From: Phycisphaerae bacterium
Lineage (GTDB): Bacteria > Planctomycetota > Phycisphaerae > UBA1845
Reading direction: 5' to 3'
NCBI GenBank assembly: GCA_029260035.1
Contig: JAJDEA010000222.1
Span: 15,249-79,248, forward strand
Length of the DNA stretch: 64,000 nt
Part shown: positions 1 to 8,390 of the stretch, piece by piece
Position numbering within the stretch: position 1 is the stretch's first letter
Layout of the letters: each line of letters opens with the position of its first letter
Made by a program: the position numbers and the translations under genes
Notes under the pieces: generated by a model
The model's input: only the letters and a program-made list of their open reading frames with translations
What the model was told of the DNA's origin: nothing
Database searches by the model: none

Positions 1-111
1 TCGCTTGCCCTCTGCAACTTGGGGGTAGAACCCTGGACCGAAGCCGAAGTACGCTCACTGGAAGGGCTTGCTCAGGCAATTGCCGAAAAAGCTGGCGCTG
101 AGCTTCATTAG
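1..111 (+). CDS. 3' end of an unidentified CDS entering from upstream of the window
   Basis: Frame 1 is open from position 1 to TAG at 109-111 (...EGLAQAIAEKAGAELH*). It is too short to assign a function. Confidence 0.25.
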   Translation, partial: SLALCNLGVEPWTEAEVRSLEGLAQAIAEKAGAELH

Positions 112-411
112 TCCGGGCTGCCCAGAACCGGGTAGATACTATGGCACGTTTAGCTAGGGCTGCGAGAAAACAATCGAGTGGTATCGGACCCACCATCCCC
201 TAGGAAGTATGAAACCTGCTTGATCCATAATAACGAGCTTTTGAGCCACCCACGCGATGAAATTCCACTTGGCCCGCCGTTTGCTAGCAAAAAATCGTGT
301 GCTCGATTGCGTTCGCGGCCCATTGAAATGATTCTCGACCCTCCCATGACTACGATTACATATCATCGTCCTGCAAGACGATGAAAAGCTCGATTCAAAG
401 GCTGATCGACC

Positions 412-2508
412 ATGATTTCCAGCAGCCAGACAAAAGCCAGCACTGCGCGAGGGCGAAAGAGCACAGCGCTACCGGTCTTGCCGCTGCAAAAAAAGCGGAA
501 CTACAAGCGATGGCGTGCGATCTCTTTGTCCCTCGTCTATCTTGTTTTTGCGATTCACATCATTCACTGGAAGATCACCGGCAAGACGTTGGCACCGCTC
601 GAACTCAACGAGGTCATGTACACATTGGAGCTTGGGATCATTACGGCAGGCTTCCTTTTCATGGGCTTGCTGGTCGCAGGCACGGCGATTTTCGGCAGGT
701 TCTTTTGTTCCTGGGCTTGTCACATTATGGTGTTGCAGGACTTCTGTGCATACCTCCTTCGCAAAATCGGGATTCACGCAAAGCCTATTCGGTCCAGAGT
801 CTTGCTCTGGGTTCCCCCATTGACGGCTCTGTATATGTTTGTTTGGCCTCAAGTGCTTAGAATGTGGCACAGTCAAGCCTTTCCGACTTTCCATCTCGCA
901 AGCGACGCCGACGGCTGGGCGTCTTTCGCGACAACAAATTTTTGGCGTAACCTGCCCGGCCCCTGGGTGATCGCGGCTACGTTTGCTATTTGCGGATTCG
1001 CTATCGTTTATCTGATGGGCTCTCGCACGTTCTGCACTTTTGTTTGTCCCTATGGAGCGGTGTTCGCGCTGGCGGATCGTTTCGCACCTGGGCGCATCAA
1101 AGTGAACGATGCGTGCCAACAATGCGCCCGCTGCACTGCGGTATGCACCAGCGGTGTTCGTGTGCATGAAGAAGTGAAACTTCACGGCATGGTTGTAAAC
1201 TCAGCCTGCATGAAGGACCTGGACTGCGTGAGCGTCTGTCCGCAAAACGCGCTACAATACGGACTGGCAAAACCCGCAGTCTTCAGCGCAAGCACTCGCG
1301 CTAGTGGCAGCCGTTTGCTATCCCATTTTTCGATCGCTGAAGAAATCCTGCTGTCAGCGGTGTTCCTGGTCGTGCTATTTTCTTTCCGAGGCCTTTACGG
1401 TCAAATCCCTTTTCTTCTGTCGCTCGCACTCGGAGCCATACTTGGCTACTTGGCAGTCTTAACGGCAAGGCTCGTGACACGCCCTGCCGTATCTTTGTCA
1501 AAACATCACCTAAAGCAAACCGGCCGATTGACCGGACTCGGTGTTGGGTTCGCCCTATTTTCGTGCCTGTTGACGATATTGGTAACTCACAGCGCATTTG
1601 TAAGGCTTCACGAGTATTCCGGACTGCGCAGCTGGCAGGTTTGGCGGCAAACGGAATCAGAAGATGAACGACATGGGCTCGCCGAAACGATTACCCAGCG
1701 CCTTGATGTTGCGAACCGCTGGAGTCTTATTCACAATCCACGCGTCACGCGTGCGCTCTTGCAATGCTCACTCGACCTAAAGCGATTTGACGACGCAGGT
1801 ATCTATGCTCACCAGTTTCTTCAGAGATTTCCAAGCGATTCGCAAGCTCAGTTGCATCTTGGCCAGGCACTCGTCGGCTTAGGGAAAAAGAAAGAGGCAG
1901 AGCAATATTTTCGAGCACTGATCGAAAATGGCCCCGGTTCGCCCTCAGGTCAAAGTGGAAACTTAGCGACAGCACACTACACGCTGGCTTCGCTACTTGT
2001 TGAGCGGGGTGAGTTCCGAAACTCAATAACATCTTTTGAAAAAGCCATCAAGTTGTCACCGGAACAAGGAACCTGGCTTGCGGCGCTTGGCAGCGCATAC
2101 GCCGAAATCGGTGAACTGGACAAAGCCGTGGCATGCCTGCAAACGGCGATCGAATTCGACGACACCCTCTCTCGCGCTCAATACAACCTCGGGACGATTC
2201 TTGCCATACAGGGCAAACTCGAACCCGCTATCGAAAGCTACAAAGATGCACTGCGCAATGAACCGAATGATCCGGAAGTGCTCAACAACCTTGGCTTGGC
2301 GTTATTGCGGGCAGGTGATCTCAATCAATCCCAATACTACCTTGAACGAGCCTTGGCGCTAGCCCCGGAAAACGCCGATACCCATTTCAACCTTGGTAGA
2401 CTGTTCACAATGCTGAGCGACTTGGCCCGAGCAAACCGCCATTTCACGGAAGCAGTTCGCATCAATCCTCGCTACGAACGGTTATTGATTTCGGGGCAAG
2501 GCCATTAG
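412..2508 (+). CDS. NapH/MauN-like 4Fe-4S polyferredoxin membrane protein fused to a C-terminal TPR array
   Basis: 698-aa ORF with an ATG start. The multi-TM N-terminal half carries Cys clusters (CSWAC, CTFVCPYG) and ferredoxin motifs CQQCARCTAVC (CxxCxxCxxxC) and CMKDLDCVSVCP. The C-terminal ~300 aa are TPR repeats (AHYTLASLLVERGEF, AQYNLGTILAIQGKL, LNNLGLALLRAGDL, HFNLGRLF). Confidence 0.85.
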   Translation: MISSSQTKASTARGRKSTALPVLPLQKKRNYKRWRAISLSLVYLVFAIHIIHWKITGKTLAPLELNEVMYTLELGIITAGFLFMGLLVAGTAIFGRFFCSWACHIMVLQDFCAYLLRKIGIHAKPIRSRVLLWVPPLTALYMFVWPQVLRMWHSQAFPTFHLASDADGWASFATTNFWRNLPGPWVIAATFAICGFAIVYLMGSRTFCTFVCPYGAVFALADRFAPGRIKVNDACQQCARCTAVCTSGVRVHEEVKLHGMVVNSACMKDLDCVSVCPQNALQYGLAKPAVFSASTRASGSRLLSHFSIAEEILLSAVFLVVLFSFRGLYGQIPFLLSLALGAILGYLAVLTARLVTRPAVSLSKHHLKQTGRLTGLGVGFALFSCLLTILVTHSAFVRLHEYSGLRSWQVWRQTESEDERHGLAETITQRLDVANRWSLIHNPRVTRALLQCSLDLKRFDDAGIYAHQFLQRFPSDSQAQLHLGQALVGLGKKKEAEQYFRALIENGPGSPSGQSGNLATAHYTLASLLVERGEFRNSITSFEKAIKLSPEQGTWLAALGSAYAEIGELDKAVACLQTAIEFDDTLSRAQYNLGTILAIQGKLEPAIESYKDALRNEPNDPEVLNNLGLALLRAGDLNQSQYYLERALALAPENADTHFNLGRLFTMLSDLARANRHFTEAVRINPRYERLLISGQGH

Positions 2509-2703
2509 CAGCACATACGTCAAACAGCATTTTCGACAGCGGGTGTGCCATTGTCTTGAGCAGTGCATGACATTGACGATGGTCGTCGCGGGCACTGTTC
2601 AACATGTAGGGGTACACAGCACGGCGTTACTCGTCACCTGGAAACCGAAACGTGACACTACGCGAGCACAGCAATCAATCGAAAGCACTATCTTGGCGAA
2701 AAC

Positions 2704-2793
2704 TCATATCGCCGGAATCTGCTGTATAAGAAAAATGGCACTGAACAGATAGCCTGCGAGAATTGCAATAATAACCACTCCCCATTCGCCCAT
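2704..2793 (-). CDS. candidate 29-aa hydrophobic micro-protein (MGEWGVVIIAILAGYLFSAIFLIQQIPAI)
   Basis: ATG at 2793 is preceded by AAGGAGG (complement of 2800-2806) with a 6-nt spacer, and TGA lies at 2706-2704. It predicts a single TM helix. It is below the ORF-track length cut-off. Confidence 0.3.
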   Translation of the reverse strand: MGEWGVVIIAILAGYLFSAIFLIQQIPAI

Positions 2794-2972
2794 ACCGAGC
2801 CTCCTTACCAGTTGACAACAAACCAAGGGTCTATTCTAAGTCCGATTCAGGAATTGAGTAGTTCCTTCAACGATGTTTGAGAATAAGTCGGGCGAGATTA
2901 TTCGAGAGGCTGCATCAGGAATGCGGTACCTACAAGATCGATCATGTTTGCCTGAAGGCCGCGACCCAAAGA

Positions 2973-3008
2973 GGTATCGAACCTGCAACCTTCGGCTTCG
3001 GAGGGCAA
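2973..3008 (-). repeat. degenerate copy of the 3' half of tRNA-Arg(CCG) (att-like remnant, copy 3)
   Basis: ggtatcgaacctgcaaccttcggcttcgga matches the T-arm-to-anticodon part of the tRNA at 14633-14706 with one inserted base. The acceptor part is decayed. It shares the extra extension gagggcaa with the copy at 5286-5328. Confidence 0.6.
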
Positions 3009-3148
3009 TCAATCCTCGACACTCAGCCAGGTAGTCATTTAGTTTCGGGCGCCCATTACGAACCCGAAAGTAAGCCCCTATTTACCCCGCCCCATGAACG
3101 CTTGACCACTATATCGGAGGAAACGAGTCTTACCGTGGTTCCTAAAGG

Positions 3149-5047
3149 CTATTTGCCCCCTGTCTGCTTGCTTCTTTTTTCAATTCGCCAGTGGCTGTTG
3201 GCGATTCCGCAATGTTTCCTCAACAAATAGAGATACTTGTCGTCCATCGAAATACCCAAGATGCCACCAGGACGCCAATAACGATGCTCTAACGGGACAA
3301 TTCCACCAGTCCCGAAATTTTGGACGAGCGACCCGGTGTTCTTCTCTCTTTTCTCCAATCTCCAGTCTGGATTACCAAGTCCTCGAAGACGTTGCTGTCC
3401 TGCAATAAAAAGATAATTCGCATCAGTCAGAACCTGCTCTGCGCTATCAGACCATGGGCCTGGATTGACAACGATTATTCCTAAATCACCAAAATTCTGC
3501 TCTAGTTCGCCGCTTGAAGAATCTCGTTTTTCAATGCGCCATTCCCCACTATCTAGACAATTGTCGTCTCCCACAATGTAAACGCTGTCCTTGTCGGCTG
3601 CCACAGCATATGGTTGTTCGTACCCTGATGTCGGGTTATGTTCAACCACGCCAGATCGCCCGAACTCCTCGAACAGAGATCCAGTCAAGGTGCTTCGTTT
3701 TTCGATATGCCATTCGAAATCTGTTTCAGATTCACTGCCAGGGCCAAGCGAATTCTTGCCAATGACGAACAGGCATTCTCCGAATACATCCATATCCCAT
3801 TCGAAACTCGGCTTTGGGTTGCGCACCACGCCATTCTCTCCGAATTCAGGAATCAAAGCTCCCGTATTCTTGTTCCTCTTTTCTATGCGCGTAGACCCGG
3901 ACGTGGTCCAGGTTCTTTCGCTTCCGAGCACAAAGATATGGCCGTCAACCACGTTCAAATCCCTGATACTACGAAGCCAAGTCTGCCCCGAGGCTTTGTC
4001 AGGTGATGTCACTACACCATGAACACCGAATTCCTGAACAAGGTTGCCCGATTTCTTGTCTCGTTTTTCGATTTGCCAAAAGTTTTCTCTTTTTTCGTAA
4101 TACGGGCCGACCCCCCTCAAGCAGGAGGCTATGTAAATATGATGATCGTCCAGCGCTATGACACGATTCCGCCTGGTCTCCCCGCCCGCGTCGGTAAGGA
4201 CGATACCTTTGCGGCCAAAAGTTTCTACCAAGGCCCCAGTGTCTTTGTGCCGCTTCTCCAAACACCAAGCCATATCTCCGTACTTCAAGTCTGGAGTTTC
4301 AAGACCTGAATCGATTATCAATCCTCCGCCAATGACAAAGATGTAGTCGCCATCTATGGCCATGTCTTTGGCCCGATAGTCCAAAATACCAAAGTTTGAG
4401 GCAATGCTGTAGAGCGGCGCTATCGCTTCGCTAGGCGGCCTCTCCCCCGGCTTTGGATGTCGTATCGCAATCGTCCTGATCAAAGGGTAGAGGACTTTCT
4501 TGTCCAATGTAGGAACACCTTCGCCAAGAGCTACAGTCGAATCGACCTTGAGATCTAAATTTGCCACAAACGTTGCATGGAATGAGTCGCTTCTATACTT
4601 GCCGGGAGACAGGGGGTTGTAGCAGGAGCAACGAACTGCAATGGGAATTGCGTCGTTGACCCATTTCGCTGCTGGCGCGAATGATAAGGACACTTCGGAA
4701 AAACCGATTCTCGGAGTGCTAGATCCCCTATCCATGGGGCTTCCTAGGTACCCGAATCCTGTTGATGTGTTCTGACCAGCCCAGACAACAACTTCGAGCG
4801 ACACGATCTTCTTCTGCTGTTCACCGGCTAGCGCAATGACCCTGTCCGCCAACTTCTCCGCCTTGAGACCCTTCAAGAGAATTGCGTCGGCACTATCGAG
4901 GTATATCAATTGGATTTCCAAGCTCGCGCTAGCTACGCCTCTTCCTCGTTCTGCTTCGATGAACTCTAACTTAACATCCTCTTTGGCTTGGACACAGAGT
5001 GAGTGAGCGAAGGCTATCGAAATAATTAGGCAGGTTACTTTCTGCAT
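3149..5047 (-). CDS. secreted beta-propeller-type repeat protein (delta-60-like repeats)
   Basis: Signal peptide MQKVTCLIISIAFAHSLCVQA. The ATG at 5047 lies one codon inside the GTG at 5050. The C-terminal two thirds contain seven ~50-aa repeats of the form W-x-[IL]-EKR-x-K-x-[TS]G-x-L-x-x-x-FG-x-x-G-[IV]-V (e.g. WRIEKRDSSSGELEQNFGDLGIIV, WRLEKREKNTGSLVQNFGTGGIV). Confidence 0.8.
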   Translation of the reverse strand: MQKVTCLIISIAFAHSLCVQAKEDVKLEFIEAERGRGVASASLEIQLIYLDSADAILLKGLKAEKLADRVIALAGEQQKKIVSLEVVVWAGQNTSTGFGYLGSPMDRGSSTPRIGFSEVSLSFAPAAKWVNDAIPIAVRCSCYNPLSPGKYRSDSFHATFVANLDLKVDSTVALGEGVPTLDKKVLYPLIRTIAIRHPKPGERPPSEAIAPLYSIASNFGILDYRAKDMAIDGDYIFVIGGGLIIDSGLETPDLKYGDMAWCLEKRHKDTGALVETFGRKGIVLTDAGGETRRNRVIALDDHHIYIASCLRGVGPYYEKRENFWQIEKRDKKSGNLVQEFGVHGVVTSPDKASGQTWLRSIRDLNVVDGHIFVLGSERTWTTSGSTRIEKRNKNTGALIPEFGENGVVRNPKPSFEWDMDVFGECLFVIGKNSLGPGSESETDFEWHIEKRSTLTGSLFEEFGRSGVVEHNPTSGYEQPYAVAADKDSVYIVGDDNCLDSGEWRIEKRDSSSGELEQNFGDLGIIVVNPGPWSDSAEQVLTDANYLFIAGQQRLRGLGNPDWRLEKREKNTGSLVQNFGTGGIVPLEHRYWRPGGILGISMDDKYLYLLRKHCGIANSHWRIEKRSKQTGGK

Positions 5048-5285
5048 CACGGGTCTATTCTTGTCGTTGCCTCGGTAGGAATCCGGCCGTCCGCTCGACG
5101 ATCCTCACAGATCGTTTATGCACAGTCCAATTATCCCATCAGGGCTGGTGATTACAAGCAATGGCCAGATAAAGACCATGCATAGGCATAGGAAAAACAC
5201 CTCAAGATCTTCGGTGCTTCCTTTCAGAACAAATGGCGAAACCGCAATGACATCGTCATGAGGCTTGATTTTGAGAAATGTTGTC

Positions 5286-5328
5286 AACGTCCCCGGCAGG
5301 GTTCGAACCTGAAACCTTCGGCTTCGGA
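5286..5328 (-). repeat. copy of the 3' half of tRNA-Arg(CCG) (att-like remnant, copy 2)
   Basis: aacgtccccggcagggttcgaacctgaaaccttcggcttcgga is identical to 14631-14673 except for one mismatch. It spans the 3' flank, acceptor 3' strand, T-arm, variable loop and anticodon 3' stem. Confidence 0.8.
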
Positions 5329-5562
5329 GGGCAACTCTTCAGCAAACCAAATCGTGGATTCAAAGCAACCGGCGGTGACTCGCTTGATAACCACCGAGAG
5401 GCGAGCAGCCGAAAGCAGTCACCTGATCCTTGCTAACGAGGTAGCCAGAAGTCCGCGTACCTTGCTCTATACGCTTGCGGTTTCGCCCATACCTCCCCAA
5501 TCGCGATAGTGCAGTCGTATTCCGCTGACTTACGCGAACCGATCTTTCGTTTGCCGATGAAC

Positions 5563-6168
5563 TTAGGACCCCGCAGGTGAGACTTGAACAGGCACTGGCG
5601 CTGTCCTGAGTGACTTGGCCTTACTATAAACCCGAAACGATATGATTAATGATGCAATGAGGGCAGCCATGAGCACGATGAACAAGATCAACCGAAGGTA
5701 GTTACGCTTGCGTACCTGCCGTTGAGACACAGCTGTCGGGTCCGGCAATTCCATCTGCGCTGTTTCGCTCGAATTGAATTCTCTTCCACACTCCGGGCAT
5801 TGAGGATTGACTTGTCCACGCAAATCGTATCCACATTTAATACACCAGAATCCACAGCGTTCAAGGACAATTGCGCGATCCAGCATGATGATGAGCGGAA
5901 ACCAAACGGCCATCGCCAGCGGGATCGGCACCCAATCGCCCGCCAAGCCGGACCGCGTCAGATAAAGAGAACCAAAGACCGTAGCTACCATCAAAGGAAC
6001 TAGCGCGAAGTAACGCCTGTTCTTGTCGTTACTCAACAGCGATCTGCAATGAGAGCAGGAGAACGCCTTTCTGCTGAGCATGAACCTGACACAGTTGATC
6101 CGGTGACGGCAGACTGGACATTCGCTAACCATCGAGATGCCTCTCTGGCTGAGCCGCAGTCGTGTCAT
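5563..6168 (-). CDS. zinc-ribbon membrane protein (paralog of the adjacent upstream gene)
   Basis: Two CxxC...CxxC ribbons (CPVCRHRI...CSHCRS; CIKCGYDLRGQVNPQCPECG) flank two TM helices, with a C-terminal TM helix. An alternative start at ATG 6132 has GAGAGG 7 nt upstream. The gene overlaps the upstream gene end (6125). Confidence 0.65.
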   Translation of the reverse strand: MTRLRLSQRGISMVSECPVCRHRINCVRFMLSRKAFSCSHCRSLLSNDKNRRYFALVPLMVATVFGSLYLTRSGLAGDWVPIPLAMAVWFPLIIMLDRAIVLERCGFWCIKCGYDLRGQVNPQCPECGREFNSSETAQMELPDPTAVSQRQVRKRNYLRLILFIVLMAALIASLIISFRVYSKAKSLRTAPVPVQVSPAGS

Positions 6169-6763
6169 CTTCGACTGTCTTGATCCGATCCTTGACCTGT
6201 CTCACAAACCGTTCCACATGAGCTGGCGTTGGAAAGACATTGGCTACGCCACCGATGCTCAAGTTCTTTTGCTTGTCTTTGAAGAATACTAAAGCGATCT
6301 GCGGCTTGCCATCGGCAATTTTCTTGAACGATGCTCCACCGATCTTGTTCCACGGATTCAGTTCTTCGTCAAATCCCGGCAGGCGTACGATCAGCCCATC
6401 GCTTGTCACAGCAACTTCGAAACCTCTCCGATAACGTGTCACGAGAAACCACACGCCAAACCCAACGAAGAAGAACCAGGCTATCGCCGCCACGGCTCCG
6501 ACTTTGTCCCATCCTGACGCTGATGCGAAGTTCAGAGCATTGGGAAGGTTCTTGAGGACCACCCAGCCTCCGCTGAAGATAGCAATCCACACAAAGAGCA
6601 ACTGTTTCGGATTGGTCACTCGATACAACTCGCACCGCTCATCGAACCGCAATCCACATTCAGGGCAAGCATGATTAGAGGGTAATCCTCGAAGCAAGTA
6701 GGCGCACCTCGCGCATTTCTTGAAGACGGGTTCGGCGAGAGCCTGTGTAATCTTGTCGTTCAT
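6125..6763 (-). CDS. zinc-ribbon membrane protein (CxxC-x-Y-L-L-R-G-x6-CPECG)
   Basis: The ribbon CARCAYLLRGLPSNHACPECG is followed by two TM helices and a soluble C-terminal domain. The longest ORF starts at TTG 6901; ATG options are 6835 and 6763 (MNDKITQ...). The start is uncertain. Confidence 0.6.
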   Translation of the reverse strand: MNDKITQALAEPVFKKCARCAYLLRGLPSNHACPECGLRFDERCELYRVTNPKQLLFVWIAIFSGGWVVLKNLPNALNFASASGWDKVGAVAAIAWFFFVGFGVWFLVTRYRRGFEVAVTSDGLIVRLPGFDEELNPWNKIGGASFKKIADGKPQIALVFFKDKQKNLSIGGVANVFPTPAHVERFVRQVKDRIKTVEDDTTAAQPERHLDG

Positions 6764-7119
6764 GCGACGATCCAAAAACCAAAGAAGGGCAGCGTGACAA
6801 ACCACAAAGAATCTGCAAGTTTCGTGCCATGACATTGACGTTATTCGTAAGAAATTGTCCGCGAAGGCGATCCGCCTGATGGTCGGTTTGGGCCACCTCA
6901 AATACGCCTTTGACGAACTCGGATGAGCGTTGGTAGATCGCTGGGGCGAGAATTCCTACCGGCGGTACTTCTGTGGCTGCACATTCATACAACACGAGTG
7001 CCCGATCCATCCAACCAGAATGCCGAATTGGCGGCACCGATCGAGGCCCGTTGGGATCACTACAGATAGAGACCTGCCAGGCGCCCGCCCGAGAATCAGT
7101 TCATGGTCGCGAGCGACAC

Positions 7120-8196
7120 TCACTGCGTGCATACCATGGTTCCGGTTGCGGCCGCAGGTGGCCGCGTCAGCCATGTCCGTGATGCGCTGGCCCTGATCAC
7201 AAGCCACCAAAAAAAGAAAATCGTCGTGAAGATGCGTAAGGCGACGGGAAACCAGGAAGACAATACGTCTCGACAATCAACAAGCACTCCATCGCCAGGG
7301 AACAGGGCGAAGCCGAATAGTGCTGGCAAGCGGTACCAGTAATAGCAACTGATAGCCGCAGCCGCGAACACACGGTTTAATCGCATGTGGTGTCGATCAG
7401 GAATGAGCCTTTCAATCAGTAGATACGCAGTTAGCGTTACCATCATTGCGCTCAAAGGCCATGCGTACGCTTCTATAAGATGCTTGTATCCTTCGTTTGC
7501 AACATAATCCTGCACATGAAACCAGCCCCAGATATACCCGACAAAACCACCAACCATCAACGTGCCGCCGAGCCGACGCAATCTGATTTGATCTTGCACA
7601 AGCGGAGAAACACTCGGCTGTGAGTCAGGGCATGGCGTTACGCATGCCACGCAACGATGACAATGGGCATTGGTAAAGGAAGCCACCGGTTCAGAGCCGT
7701 AAAGTTTCTCAACTGGGTAAATAGGGCACAGCCCTGAGCACCAGGCACTCTTCCATTCGAAACGAGTGCAGACGATGACGGCGAGCAATATTATTGTCGC
7801 GAGTGTGATGGCCGTAGCGGGCCCATTGAGATCAAGAATGACGTGGCGTAACGGTACGATCAGCAAGAGCAAAGCGACGCCCATCAGCTCAAGTCGTGCC
7901 TGCCAAGTTACGGAAAGTTCACGACGTGTGAACCAGCCCATATGCCGTGTGAGCAGTGCAGTAGACCCGAGCGGACACACATTACGCCAGAAGCCGGTCG
8001 CGATTGCGAACAACGCTGGGGCAACAGGAATCAAAACGTTCCAAAAGGCATGGATACCAATCGTCGGAGCGAAAACCAGGGCGAGGAATATACCCAGCCC
8101 GACTAGCCAGACAGTCAGTTGCAGGGTTCTCCAAATGACCCATGAACGACTCGTGAGTAGCGGGGTGCCTTCAAGGATCGACTCGGAGTTTCCCAT
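7120..8196 (-). CDS. NapH-like 4Fe-4S-binding polytopic membrane protein
   Basis: 358 aa with an ATG start and ~8 TM helices. Cys motifs are CPLGS, CSGLCPIYP and the ferredoxin signature CHRCVACVTPCP (CxxCxxCxxxCP). Confidence 0.8.
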   Translation of the reverse strand: MGNSESILEGTPLLTSRSWVIWRTLQLTVWLVGLGIFLALVFAPTIGIHAFWNVLIPVAPALFAIATGFWRNVCPLGSTALLTRHMGWFTRRELSVTWQARLELMGVALLLLIVPLRHVILDLNGPATAITLATIILLAVIVCTRFEWKSAWCSGLCPIYPVEKLYGSEPVASFTNAHCHRCVACVTPCPDSQPSVSPLVQDQIRLRRLGGTLMVGGFVGYIWGWFHVQDYVANEGYKHLIEAYAWPLSAMMVTLTAYLLIERLIPDRHHMRLNRVFAAAAISCYYWYRLPALFGFALFPGDGVLVDCRDVLSSWFPVALRIFTTIFFFWWLVIRASASRTWLTRPPAAATGTMVCTQ

Positions 8197-8390
8197 TTAG
8201 TCACGCATCCCGAAACCAGAATACTAGAAACGGGTCGAACGTCAAAGACTTCGGCGGTCGGGAGTGGTCAAGATGGTATTCATTGCACTGGAGCCGTAGA
8301 GCCGCGCGTCATGCCCCAGATAGACCACGTCTGCCGCGCCGCAAGCAAACTCACGCGTGACCAACATGGGAGCAGATCTGGGTTGCGTCG

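Noticed and set aside
469-1185. 238-aa minus-strand ORF
   Set aside because: It is antisense to the polyferredoxin-TPR gene, whose Cys motifs and TM pattern are clear. The antisense product has no features.
5105-5287. 60-aa minus-strand ORF abutting the tRNA-fragment repeat at 5286
   Set aside because: No SD and no motif were found, and the start codon sits inside the repeat. It is possibly a chance ORF created by the integration scar. I could not support it.
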